Positions 54,132 through 63,538 of a stretch of DNA of 64,000 bases are shown here, piece by piece. Below the pieces are notes generated by a model that worked only from the letters and a program-made list of their open reading frames with translations, had not been told where the DNA came from and did no database searches. How positions within the stretch are numbered: position 1 is the stretch's first letter; every line of letters begins with the position of its first letter. A program made the translations under genes and the position numbers. Source of the DNA: an uncultured Actinomycetota bacterium (GTDB taxonomy: Bacteria; Actinomycetota; Actinomycetes; Mycobacteriales; Mycobacteriaceae); assembly GCA_963716505.1 (NCBI GenBank), contig CAVQTL010000015.1, positions 104,982 to 168,981 on the forward strand, read 5' to 3'.

Positions 54132-54887
54132 ATGACCGCGCTAGACCAGCAGAAGCTGCCTGTGGGATACGCGTTGTTCGCGCGCTACGCGTTTCCGCCG
54201 AACGAACTCGGCTACTGCGGTCCCGCCGATTCCGACGTGCTGCTGCGCAGCGACAATCCGGCCGAAGTCGCGGCGCACGCCAGAGAGTTCGACGGCGCGT
54301 GGCCGTATCTGCGGGCCATCTCCGAGGCGGCAGGCATACAAGACTCGTTGGACGCCGACGTCGTGCGGAGCTACTGGGTCGGTGGGCCGCACCTGCATCG
54401 AGTCGATCCGGCGGCCCTGTTGGACAAGCTGCGCCGCACGTTCAAGGGGCAAGCGACCGGGCTGCTTTTCGAGTTGGTCCGGCCGAACGGGTCACTCGCG
54501 CATCACAGTTTCCACGTCTTCGTGGTGTACCCATGGGTGCGGTTCCTCGACCGCGACGCGGCGACCGCGCTGAAGGTGCTGCAGGACTGCCGGATCCGGT
54601 GGGGAACGGTCGAATCGGTCGAAGAAGAGCATGCGGTGATCGCAACGCGTCCCCTGACATTCGGCGTCGGCACCCTGGCGCTCGGTGAGCCAAGGTCCGA
54701 GCGGGTGCGCTGGAGCAAGGACGGCGTATCGCTGATCGGGCGGCCCACACCCGGCGACGTCGTCTCTGCGCACTGGGACTGGGCTTGTGGCGTTCTGGCC
54801 GACGACGAGTGCGCGGCACTGGCCGACGCCACGCAAACCACCCTCGCGCTCGTGAACGCCGCCCGCGACAGGGAGCGAAACCAATGA
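54132..54887 (+). CDS. Hydrogenase-associated hypothetical protein (DUF6390-like)
   Basis: FARYAFPPNELGYCGP, SYWVG, HHSFHV, CRIRWG, HWDWAC. Confidence 0.85.
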   Translation: MTALDQQKLPVGYALFARYAFPPNELGYCGPADSDVLLRSDNPAEVAAHAREFDGAWPYLRAISEAAGIQDSLDADVVRSYWVGGPHLHRVDPAALLDKLRRTFKGQATGLLFELVRPNGSLAHHSFHVFVVYPWVRFLDRDAATALKVLQDCRIRWGTVESVEEEHAVIATRPLTFGVGTLALGEPRSERVRWSKDGVSLIGRPTPGDVVSAHWDWACGVLADDECAALADATQTTLALVNAARDRERNQ

Positions 54888-55633
54888 CAGTGACCACAGA
54901 ACCGGGCGGGGGCTACGTCGACACGGGTTTGTCCGCAGACTTGGCCGCCGCAGCGCTGGACCTTGCCCGCAGGTTTCACGACGGCGCCACGCTGTGGGTG
55001 ATCTCCCCGCAATGGGAACCGCACGCGCATCACGTCGCAGTCGAGTTCGTACATCCCGTGATCATGGGAAAGCGTGCACTCCCGTCGGTGGCGCTCGTCG
55101 ATCCGGACCCGGTGGCCCAGGCCCGCGTCGCCACCCAGTCCGGCGACCTGCTGATGGCGGTGGCGTCGGCCGACGAGCCGGCGGCGATCGACGCGATGCG
55201 GCGGGCGCCCGCGTGGGGTGCGCTGACGTTGTGGATCGGGTCGGGTCCGCGCCCGCCCGCGGGCGCCGCGAACCACATCCTGTGGGTGGACTCCGACGAC
55301 CCGGTCGTGCCCGCCACCGGCCGCTTCGTCCTGCTGTATCACCTGTTGTGGGAGCTCACCCACGTCTGCTTCGAACACCCCGGCCTCCTGAAGCCCGCGG
55401 CCGATGAATGCACCGACGAAGTCTGCGTGACGTGCAGCGACGAAGGGCGTCTCGCAGAAGTGATCTCAGAGCCCGCAGATCCGCATGCGCAGGCCCTCGT
55501 TCGCACTGCCAAGGGCGAGGAATGGGCTGACGTGAGCGTGCTGGGCGACGTCGCGCCGAACGACCTGGTGCTAGTGCATGCGGGAACAGCGATCGCCCGC
55601 CTGAACGACGACGCTGAGGAGGTGAACCGATGA
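54884..55633 (+). CDS. SIS-like domain fused to a HypC-like domain
   Basis: HHVAVEFVHPVIMGKRALPS, YHLLWELTHVCFEH, then CTDEVCVTCSDEG...DLVLVHAGTAI. Confidence 0.8.
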   Translation: MTVTTEPGGGYVDTGLSADLAAAALDLARRFHDGATLWVISPQWEPHAHHVAVEFVHPVIMGKRALPSVALVDPDPVAQARVATQSGDLLMAVASADEPAAIDAMRRAPAWGALTLWIGSGPRPPAGAANHILWVDSDDPVVPATGRFVLLYHLLWELTHVCFEHPGLLKPAADECTDEVCVTCSDEGRLAEVISEPADPHAQALVRTAKGEEWADVSVLGDVAPNDLVLVHAGTAIARLNDDAEEVNR

Positions 55634-56319
55634 CGACGCAGGGCAGCGGAAGCACCGAGAGCACGGGCTTTCTGTATCCGTTCATCGAGTCGGAGGAAAC
55701 CGATGCCGGCAGCCTGCTCGACGATCTGGCCGCCTCGGCCAGGAGCAAGGCCGCCGAAAGTGCCCGCCTGCAACGGGAATCGTTGGACGAGTACGGACCG
55801 GGCCTGACCGCTGCGGGCACCGAGATGGCCGAACGGTTCCTGCGCGGCGGGCGGCTCTACACCTTGGGCAACGGCGGCAGCTCCACCGACGCGGCGACCT
55901 TGGCCTCGTTGTTCAGCCGACCTGCGCGAGGGCGGGCGGTGGCGGCGTGGTCGCTGGCTGCCGACGAGGCGGTGGTGACGGCCCTCGGCAACGACGTCGG
56001 CTTCGAGCTCATCTTCAAACGGCAGATCATCGCCCACGCCCGCGACCGTGACGTCGCCATCGCGTTGTCGACGTCCGGGAACTCCGAGGACCTGATGTCG
56101 GCCATCACCGAGGCCAAGCAGCGCGGCCTGCTGACGATCGGGTTCTCCGGCCATGACGGCGGCCGGATGGCGGTGGCCGAGGATCTCGACCACTGCTTCA
56201 CGGTGCATAGCCAGAGCATTCACCGCATCCAGGAGAGCCACGCCATACTCGGATTCCGGCTCTGGTCTGTCGCGCAAGAACACATGCCCCGTCCCCGTAA
56301 TGGAGCGCACACGTCATGA
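55630..56319 (+). CDS. GmhA-like SIS-domain protein
   Basis: GNGGSSTDA, ALGNDVGF, STSGNS, RIQESH. Confidence 0.88.
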   Translation: MTTQGSGSTESTGFLYPFIESEETDAGSLLDDLAASARSKAAESARLQRESLDEYGPGLTAAGTEMAERFLRGGRLYTLGNGGSSTDAATLASLFSRPARGRAVAAWSLAADEAVVTALGNDVGFELIFKRQIIAHARDRDVAIALSTSGNSEDLMSAITEAKQRGLLTIGFSGHDGGRMAVAEDLDHCFTVHSQSIHRIQESHAILGFRLWSVAQEHMPRPRNGAHTS

Positions 56320-57416
56320 GCACAACCGATGCGATCACTGCCGCCGAACGCGAAGACCGCGTCCTGGAGCGGATCGACAAGTTCCGCCGGCGACGCCCGC
56401 GGCTGCTCGACGAGGTGGTCACACTAGCGCACGGCGCGGGTGGCAAGTCGTCGGCCGCACTCGTCGACGCCGTGTTCCTCGAGGCGTTCCGCAACGACGA
56501 GCTAGAACAACTCGGCGACGCCGCGGGGCTGCGCACCCCATCCGGCGATCGGCTCGCGTTCTCCACCGACTCGTTTGTCGTTTCGCCGCGGCGCTTCCCT
56601 GGCGGATCGATCGGCCATGTCGCTGTGCACGGAACGATCAACGACCTCGCGGTGTCCGGCGCTCGCCCACAATGGCTGTCGGCCGCCTTCGTGATCGAGG
56701 AAGGGTTTCCGATCTCCGAGCTGCGCGAGATCGTCGCGGACATGAGCGAAGCGGCCGCCAAGGCGGGCGTACAGATCGTCACCGGTGACACCAAGGTCGT
56801 CGGGAAGGGCGCCGCCGACGGTGTCTACATCTCGACCGCGGGCGTCGGTGTGGTTCCCGAGGGCAGGCGGCTGTCGCGCGACCTCGTGCAGCCCGGCGAC
56901 AAGGTGTTGGTGTCCGGCACTATCGGCGACCACGGAATGGCGGTCATGCTGGCGCGCGGCGACCTCGCCATCGACGCCGACATCGCCTCCGACACCGCGC
57001 CCGTCCACGAACTGGTCGAGCTGCTCCTCGAGGCCGCACCGTCAACGCGGTGGATGCGCGACGCGACTCGCGGCGGCGTCGGAACGGTGTGCAACGAACT
57101 CGTCAAGGGCGCCCCGTTCGCCCTCGTCCTCGATGAGCAGAGCCTTCCCGTGGAACCGCAGGTGCTCGGCGCCTGCGACATGCTCGGCATCGACCCGCTG
57201 TACGTCGCTAACGAGGGCAAGTTCGTCGCGATCGTGGCGCCGGAGGAGGCCGACGCCGCGGTCGCCGCGATGCAGACGCACCCGCAAGGTGCCCGAGCAA
57301 CGGTCGTGGGCGAGATCATGCCCGAACCGAACGGCATTGTTGCGCTGAGGACTTCGTTCGGCGGCAGCCGGATCGTCGACATGCTTGTCGGCGACCCACT
57401 ACCGCGAATCTGCTGA
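56316..57416 (+). CDS. hypE: Carbamoyl dehydratase HypE
   Basis: LAHGAGG, STDSFVV, GDTKVV, RDATRGG, ANEGK, C-terminal PRIC. Confidence 0.97.
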   Translation: MSTTDAITAAEREDRVLERIDKFRRRRPRLLDEVVTLAHGAGGKSSAALVDAVFLEAFRNDELEQLGDAAGLRTPSGDRLAFSTDSFVVSPRRFPGGSIGHVAVHGTINDLAVSGARPQWLSAAFVIEEGFPISELREIVADMSEAAAKAGVQIVTGDTKVVGKGAADGVYISTAGVGVVPEGRRLSRDLVQPGDKVLVSGTIGDHGMAVMLARGDLAIDADIASDTAPVHELVELLLEAAPSTRWMRDATRGGVGTVCNELVKGAPFALVLDEQSLPVEPQVLGACDMLGIDPLYVANEGKFVAIVAPEEADAAVAAMQTHPQGARATVVGEIMPEPNGIVALRTSFGGSRIVDMLVGDPLPRIC

Positions 57417-57441
57417 TGAGCTTCGTGAAAGGAGTATGACG

Positions 57442-57714
57442 ATGTGTCTGGGAATCCCCGGCCAGGTGGTCGACATCGTCGACGCCGAACAGTCCCTGGC
57501 CAAGGTCGACGTCAACGGCGTCCGCCGAAACATCAGCGTGCGACTGCTCGCCGACGACAATCTACAGGTCGGCGACTGGGTGCTGGTGCATGTCGGCTTC
57601 GCGATGGCCAAGATCGACGAGCACGAGGCCAAACTGACGCTCGACCAGGTGCAGAAGATGGGCGCCGACTACGTCAATGAGATCGAAGCATTCAACTCGT
57701 CCGAGATCGCCTGA
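57442..57714 (+). CDS. hypC: Hydrogenase chaperone HypC, copy 2
   Basis: MCLGIPG, GDWVLVHVGFA. Confidence 0.93.
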   Translation: MCLGIPGQVVDIVDAEQSLAKVDVNGVRRNISVRLLADDNLQVGDWVLVHVGFAMAKIDEHEAKLTLDQVQKMGADYVNEIEAFNSSEIA

Positions 57715-57724
57715 GAGGCTTGAC

Positions 57725-58852
57725 ATGAAGTACGTCGACGAATTCCGCGACCCGGCCGCCGCACGCGCCCTGGTGAAATCGATCACCGAACTGGCGACCG
57801 GCGACCACTTCAAGTTCATGGAGGTCTGTGGCGGCCACACGCACACCATCTATCGGCACGGCATCGAACATCTGCTGCCCGAGTCGGTCGAGTTGGTGCA
57901 CGGGCCGGGCTGTCCGGTCTGCGTGATTCCGATGGGCCGGGTGGACGATGCGATGTGGCTGGCCGAACAGCCCGACATCATCTTCACCACCTTCGGCGAC
58001 ATGATGCGGGTGCCGGGCTCACGGGGCAATCTCATCGAGGCCAAGGCGCGTGGTGCGGATGTGCGCTTCGTGTACTCCCCGCTTGACGCGCTCAAGGTTG
58101 CCCTGGACCACCCCGACAAGCACATCGTCTTCTTCGCCGTCGGGTTCGAAACCACCGCACCGTCCACCGCGGTGACGCTGGTCCGGGCCCGTGCGCTCGG
58201 CGTGCGCAACTTCAGCATCTTCTGCAACCATGTCACGATCGTTCCGCCCGTCAAGGCGATCCTCGAATCGCCGGATCTGCGGCTGTCGGGCTTCCTCGGG
58301 CCCGGCCACGTGTCGACCGTTGTGGGTTTGCGGCCATACCGGTTCGTGCCCGAGGTATACGGAAAGCCGATGGTGGTAGCGGGATTCGAGCCGCTCGACA
58401 TCCTCGCGTCGGTGCACATGCTGTTGCAGCAGATCAGGGAGGGCCGCTGCGAGGTGGAAAATCAGTACACCCGTGTCGTGCGCCCGGAAGGCAACACCCA
58501 GGCGCTGAAGCTGATGGCCGAGACGTTCGAGTTGCGGCCCCATTTCGAGTGGCGCGGGCTGGGTTTCATCTCGCAGAGCGCGTTGAAGATCCATCGCGAC
58601 TACGCGGAGTTCGACGCGGAGCTCAAGTTCGACATGCCCGGCGTGCGGGTCGCCGACCCGAAGGCATGCCAATGCGGAGAGGTGCTCAAGGGCGTCATCA
58701 AGCCATGGGAGTGCAAAGTGTTCGGCACCGCGTGCACACCGGAGACACCGATCGGGACCTGCATGGTCTCTCCGGAAGGCGCCTGTGCGGCCTACTACAA
58801 CTTCGGCAGGTTGCACCGGGAGACCGCACAGCTGCTCGGTCAGCGCGGCTAG
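57725..58852 (+). CDS. hypD: Hydrogenase maturation protein HypD
   Basis: MEVCGGHTH, HGPGCPVC, GFETTAP, GTCMVSPEGACAAYY. Confidence 0.97.
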   Translation: MKYVDEFRDPAAARALVKSITELATGDHFKFMEVCGGHTHTIYRHGIEHLLPESVELVHGPGCPVCVIPMGRVDDAMWLAEQPDIIFTTFGDMMRVPGSRGNLIEAKARGADVRFVYSPLDALKVALDHPDKHIVFFAVGFETTAPSTAVTLVRARALGVRNFSIFCNHVTIVPPVKAILESPDLRLSGFLGPGHVSTVVGLRPYRFVPEVYGKPMVVAGFEPLDILASVHMLLQQIREGRCEVENQYTRVVRPEGNTQALKLMAETFELRPHFEWRGLGFISQSALKIHRDYAEFDAELKFDMPGVRVADPKACQCGEVLKGVIKPWECKVFGTACTPETPIGTCMVSPEGACAAYYNFGRLHRETAQLLGQRG

Positions 58853-58856
58853 CCAC

Positions 58857-59051
58857 TCACCACCGATCGCGCGGGACGTCGAAGTCGGCGCAGAGCGCCC
58901 GCCAGACGTCGCGTGGCTCGACGCCGTCCTCGATGGCCTGCGCGGCGGTGCGCCCGCCGAAACCGGTCAGCACATGGTCGACGAGCAGCGACCGGCCCCG
59001 AACCGGGCCGAACTGGCCGTCGACGAGCTCGTTGAATTCGGTCAGGCGCAC
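58857..59051 (-). CDS. DUF3046 family protein (Rv2738c-like)
   Basis: MRLTEF...LVDHVL...GRTAAQAIEDG..PRDVW.ALC..FDVP. Confidence 0.9.
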   Translation of the reverse strand: MRLTEFNELVDGQFGPVRGRSLLVDHVLTGFGGRTAAQAIEDGVEPRDVWRALCADFDVPRDRW

Positions 59052-59060
59052 CGGTCCAAC

Positions 59061-60233
59061 CTACGCTGACGGTGCCAGCGAATCGTGGCACACCCGTACC
59101 GGATCTGCCACGTCCGCCACGGTGGCACCTGCCGCCCTTGCGGCCTCGGCGTAGCGCGGCGAGGACAGCACCTCGGTAACCGCCGCCGCCAACGCCTCGG
59201 GCTCCAGCGGCCGGACCAGTTGCGCACTGCCCTGTCGCACAAGCCGATTCGCGATCTCCCACTGGTCGCCGCCGCCGGGCACCACCACCATCGGCACCCC
59301 GGCCATCAGCGTCTTGGACACCATGCCGTGGCCGCCGCCGCAGATCACCAGGTCGGCGGCCGCCAGCAGTTCGTCCTGACGGCCCAGTCCCACCACCGCC
59401 CACGCAGGCACGTCGACGTCGTCACCACCGAGGCGCGACACCACGACCCGCGACCCCCGCGGCAGGACGTCCCCCGGCCGCAGCGTTTCCAGCGCCACTT
59501 CGATCATGCCTCGCGCGCCGGTGACCGCAGTCGAGGGCGCCACGACGATGACGGGGCCGTCCCCGGGCGGAATCTCCAGCACGGCGTCGGTCGGTTCGAA
59601 GTGAAGCGGGCCGACGATGACTGCCTCATCAGGCCAGTCGGGCCGTGGCACCTCCAGCGCGGGAAGTGTGGCGACGAGCCGGCGCAATGGTCCGGGATCG
59701 GTTGCGGGCAAGCCGATTTCGACCCTCACTGCCGAACGCTGCCGGATACCCGCCTGCCAGGCCCGTGCGGTCAGCGTCCGCAACACGACGTCTCGCAGCC
59801 GGCCACGGATCCCGACACCGGGCGCCAGCCCGCTGCCGATCGGAGGGAGTCCCTTCGACGGCCGGTACAACGGCGCGGGGTTGAGCTCGATCCACGGAAT
59901 GGCCAGCAGCTCGGCCGCCAGCCCGCCGCAGGCGGTGATCACGTCGGAGACCACCACATCCGGCTCGAGCCCCCGCAGCACCGGCACATTCAGCACCGCC
60001 ATGCGAGCCGCGCGCTGGTGGATCTTCGCGCCTGCGTCGGTGTCGTCGTCGAGTTCGGTGGGATCCAGCCCGATGAGTTCGACGGCGTCCACGCCGACAG
60101 ACCGGGCGGTATCCAGCCATTCGGTGCCGGTCAGCAGTGTCGGTGAGTCACCCGCAGCCAGAAACCGGCGGCACAACGCCAGCGCGGGAAACGCGTGCCC
60201 GGGATCGGGGCCTGCGACCACGGCGACGCGCAT
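59061..60233 (-). CDS. GT-B glycosyltransferase (Rv2739c-like)
   Basis: GPDPGHAFP, ICGGGHG, VVPGGGDQWE. Confidence 0.92.
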   Translation of the reverse strand: MRVAVVAGPDPGHAFPALALCRRFLAAGDSPTLLTGTEWLDTARSVGVDAVELIGLDPTELDDDTDAGAKIHQRAARMAVLNVPVLRGLEPDVVVSDVITACGGLAAELLAIPWIELNPAPLYRPSKGLPPIGSGLAPGVGIRGRLRDVVLRTLTARAWQAGIRQRSAVRVEIGLPATDPGPLRRLVATLPALEVPRPDWPDEAVIVGPLHFEPTDAVLEIPPGDGPVIVVAPSTAVTGARGMIEVALETLRPGDVLPRGSRVVVSRLGGDDVDVPAWAVVGLGRQDELLAAADLVICGGGHGMVSKTLMAGVPMVVVPGGGDQWEIANRLVRQGSAQLVRPLEPEALAAAVTEVLSSPRYAEAARAAGATVADVADPVRVCHDSLAPSA

Positions 60234-60275
60234 GCGGCCACCCTGCCACAGCGCCGCGCCACTACGCTGAGGGCC

Positions 60276-60716
60276 ATGACCGCGAACACATCAGACTTGG
60301 ACACCACGGCCAACGCACGCACGGTGGAGACGTTCCTGTATGCGCTGCAGGACGAGGACTACGACGCGGCCGACGCGACGCTGGCCGACAACGTCCTGTA
60401 CCAGAACGTGGGATACACCACCATGCGCGGCCGGAAGCGCATCATCAAGCTGTTCCGTCGCGGCGCAGGCCGCGTCGGCTTCGAGGTGAAGTTCCACCGG
60501 GTCGCCGCCGACGGAAACGCGGTGCTGACGGAGCGGACCGACGCGCTCATCTTCGGCCCGCTGCGCCTGCAGTTCTGGGTGTCGGTGTGTTCGAGGTGCA
60601 CGGCGGCCAAGATCACGCTGTGGCGGGACTACTTCGACGCATTCGATTTCTTCGTCAAGGCGCCGTTGCGCGGACTCGCGGGTGTTGTCGTCCCGTCGCT
60701 GCGCCCGACGATGTAG
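60276..60716 (+). CDS. ephG: Limonene-1,2-epoxide hydrolase-like EphG, with compensating -1/+1 indels at about 60583 and 60608
   Basis: YQNVG, VLTERTD, WRDYFD; WVSVCSRCTAAKI appears where WVCGVFEVHGGKI is encoded in the shifted frame. Confidence 0.88.
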   Translation: MTANTSDLDTTANARTVETFLYALQDEDYDAADATLADNVLYQNVGYTTMRGRKRIIKLFRRGAGRVGFEVKFHRVAADGNAVLTERTDALIFGPLRLQFWVSVCSRCTAAKITLWRDYFDAFDFFVKAPLRGLAGVVVPSLRPTM

Positions 60717-60718
60717 GG

Positions 60719-61550
60719 CTAGGCCCTGCGCGAGCTGACCGAGTTCGTCGAACGCCTGCGCCCAGCCGGTCAGCCGGTCGGTGGCATTGACCAGTTCATC
60801 CCGGTAACGCTGCTGCGACATCGGCGAGCTCGACATCGGGCCGTTGTTGGCGGCCGACACCAATTGCGCTGCCGCGGTGACCATGTCGTTGTATTGGCGG
60901 GCGCCGTTGTCGAGCTGCGCGGTGAACGCGGCGATCGTCGGTGACAGGTGAGGGCGGGATCCGGGTGCGTTGGCGATCGCCCGCTCCATCGACACCACTT
61001 CGTCGGCGGTCGCCGCCATGGTCGCGGCGGACTGGTTGGCGACGGTGACCAGCTCGCGCAGCTCACCGGCGGGCAGCATCTTGCCCCGCTCCAGCACGCT
61101 GATCAGCGAGAACAGCCCGCGCTCGGATGCGGCCAGCGCGGCCATCGGTTGGCGGGCCGCAGATCCCCACGCCGGCAGCCGACGGGTGGCCCGCGACCGT
61201 TGCGGGGGCAGCGGCTCCCCGCGAAGCCAGCGGTAGCGCAGGAACGACAGCGTCGCGAGAAAGGCCGCACCGACCGCGATCGGCGCCGGGATGAACAACG
61301 CCCACGCGGGTGTGCTCCAGGACGCGATCAGCACCGTCACTCCCACCCAGATCAGGCTGGACACCGCGAAGAACAGGCCAAGGCGCAGCGCCCACTTGCG
61401 CTTGCGCAATTGCTTGGCGCGCGGATCGGCCGCCGAGCTGAGCTTCTGCGCCAGCACGTCGGACACCTCTGCGGCGGTGTCGATTCCCCGCTGCACCAGT
61501 GACCGCCATGCCTCCGGCCTGCTAGCTGTCGACCGCTGTTTCACTGCCAA
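60719..61550 (-). CDS. pspM: Phage shock envelope protein PspM (Rv2743c-like), +1 frameshift at about 60730
   Basis: DPRAKQLRKRKW, two TM segments, LTGWAQAFDEL; removing one base gives LRRA* at 60719; downstream of pspA. Confidence 0.85.
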
Positions 61551-61562
61551 CCCAGAATCCGA

Positions 61563-62387
61563 CTACTGGCCGATCGGCTTTTCGGGAATCGCCTCGGGCG
61601 TCGACGCCGGGGTCGCCGGAGCGGCCGTCCCGTGAGCCCCGGAAGCGCCCCCAGAAGGAAGAGCCTCGCCGCGCATCGAGGCGCGGATCTGCTCCAGCCG
61701 CGAATGCCCGGCCATCTGCACGCTGGCCTGCTGGACCTCCATCATCCGGCCCTGCACCGAGTTCTGTGCCAGCTCGGCTGAACCCATCGCGTTGGCGTAG
61801 CGGCGTTCGATCTTCTGACGCACCTCGTCGAGGCTCGGCGTGTTGCCCGGGGCCGCCAGTTCACTCATCGACTGCAGCGAGGCGCTCACCTGCTCCTGCA
61901 TCTTGGCCTGCTCGAGCTGGCTGAGCAGCTTGGTGCGCTCGGCGATCTTCTGCTGCAGCATCATCGCGTTCTGCTCGACCGCCTTCTTGGCCTGGCCCGC
62001 GGCCTGCAGCGCCTGATCGTGCAGGCCCTTGAGGTCTTCGACGCTCTGTTCGGCGGTCACCAGCTGCGCGGCGAAGGCCTCGGCGGCGTTGGTGTACTCG
62101 GTGGCCTTGGCGGCGTCCCCCGCGGAGGTGGCCTGGTCGGCCAGCGTCAATGCCTGACGGACGTTGACCTGCAGCTTCTCGATGTCGGCGAGCTGGCGGT
62201 TGAGCCGCATCTCCAGCTGGCGCTGGTTGCCGATGACCTGGGCCGCCTGCTGCGTCAGGCCCTGGTGCTGCCGCTGTGCATCCTCGATGGCCTGCTGGAT
62301 CTGCACCTTCGGATCGGCGTATTCGTCGACCTTTGAGCTGAACAGCGCCATCAGGTAGCGCCACGCTTTGGTGAACGGATTGGCCAT
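61563..62387 (-). CDS. pspA: Phage shock protein A (35-kDa antigen)
   Basis: [50 protein letters not shown]. Confidence 0.95.
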   Translation of the reverse strand: MANPFTKAWRYLMALFSSKVDEYADPKVQIQQAIEDAQRQHQGLTQQAAQVIGNQRQLEMRLNRQLADIEKLQVNVRQALTLADQATSAGDAAKATEYTNAAEAFAAQLVTAEQSVEDLKGLHDQALQAAGQAKKAVEQNAMMLQQKIAERTKLLSQLEQAKMQEQVSASLQSMSELAAPGNTPSLDEVRQKIERRYANAMGSAELAQNSVQGRMMEVQQASVQMAGHSRLEQIRASMRGEALPSGGASGAHGTAAPATPASTPEAIPEKPIGQ

Positions 62388-62468
62388 GGGTTCATTCCGC
62401 CTTCGTGTCAGAGAACTGCTTGAAGTGTGCGTATTGCCAACTTATCGGTTTCGCGCAGATCAGAACAG

Positions 62469-62801
62469 CTAGGCGACCGCCATTGACACCGCATGCGGGA
62501 TGACGACCTTGGTGGTGGCGTCGATACTGGTGGCGATCGCCGACTCGCGGGCGAACGCCTTGATCTCCGCCTGCGCCATCTCGTCGCCTGCATCGGACAG
62601 CACCCGCGACAGCGGGACCTCGAGGGCGCCGCAGATCGCGCCGAGCAGTTCGCTCGACGCCTCCTTGCGGCCGCGTTCGACCTCGGACAGATAACCAAGG
62701 CTCACCCGCGCGGCATCGGACACCTCGCGCAGCGTGCGGCCCTGGTCAATGCGGGCACGACGCAGCACGTCGCCGATAACCTCGCGCAGCAATGTCCCCA
62801 T
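62469..62801 (-). CDS. clgR: Transcriptional activator ClgR
   Basis: [46 protein letters not shown]; upstream of pspA. Confidence 0.95.
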   Translation of the reverse strand: MGTLLREVIGDVLRRARIDQGRTLREVSDAARVSLGYLSEVERGRKEASSELLGAICGALEVPLSRVLSDAGDEMAQAEIKAFARESAIATSIDATTKVVIPHAVSMAVA

Positions 62802-62833
62802 CGCGCTCTCCTTCACTTGGGTGGTACTAAAGC

Positions 62834-62860
62834 AACGCCAGGGACTGCCGGGATGGTTCC
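62834..62860 (-). promoter_or_regulatory. SigE/SigH-type promoter of clgR-pspA-pspM
   Basis: Minus strand reads GGAAC-N18-CGTT about 30 bp upstream of the clgR ATG. Confidence 0.7.
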
Positions 62861-62899
62861 CGGTCGGCCGACTCTGGCGCGAATTCGTCGCCAGAGGCG

Positions 62900-63496
62900 T
62901 CACTGACCTGCGACTCGTCCTCGGGAGTCGCGGATCGCCGAAACCACGTAGTCGATGCCGGTGAGGACGGTCAGCACGATCGCGGCCGCCATCACCACCC
63001 AGGCACCGGTCAGCCACGGGCCCGAGAGCGGCAGGACGAACAGCCCGATCGCCACGGCCTGGACGAGCGTCTTCAGCTTGCCGCCGCGGCTGGCCGGGAT
63101 GACGCCGTGTCGCAGCACCGCGAAACGCAGCACCGTGACGCCGATCTCGCGGACCAGGATCAGCACCGTCACCCACCACGGCAGCTCGCCGAGCATCGAC
63201 AGGCCGATCAGGGCGGCGCCGATCAAGGTCTTGTCGGCGATCGGGTCGGCCAATCTGCCGAAGTCGGTCTCGATTCCGTAGCTGCGAGCCAGCGCCCCGT
63301 CGAACCGGTCGGTGATCACAGCGACTGCGAAGATGACGAAAGCGGTTACGCGCCATACTGTTTCGTGGCCGTCACCGGCGAACAACGCGATCAGGAACAC
63401 CGGGACCAACACCAACCGCAGCCCGGTGAGGACATTGGCGACGTTCGCGACCTTCGCCTGAGGTATCACCGGATCGGTGTGAGGTTGGCCCGACAC
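62900..63496 (-). CDS. pgsA3: CDP-diacylglycerol--glycerol-3-phosphate 3-phosphatidyltransferase
   Basis: [19 protein letters not shown]...[16 protein letters not shown]. Confidence 0.93.
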   Translation of the reverse strand: MSGQPHTDPVIPQAKVANVANVLTGLRLVLVPVFLIALFAGDGHETVWRVTAFVIFAVAVITDRFDGALARSYGIETDFGRLADPIADKTLIGAALIGLSMLGELPWWVTVLILVREIGVTVLRFAVLRHGVIPASRGGKLKTLVQAVAIGLFVLPLSGPWLTGAWVVMAAAIVLTVLTGIDYVVSAIRDSRGRVAGQ

Positions 63497-63538
63497 CGCT
63501 AAAGAATATCCGTTGCTCCAACCGATACCCTCGCACCT

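Noticed and set aside
60291-61550. 419-aa extended PspM reading antisense through ephG
   Set aside because: One extra base at about 60730 removes the natural stop at 60719-60721; the extension is antisense to ephG.
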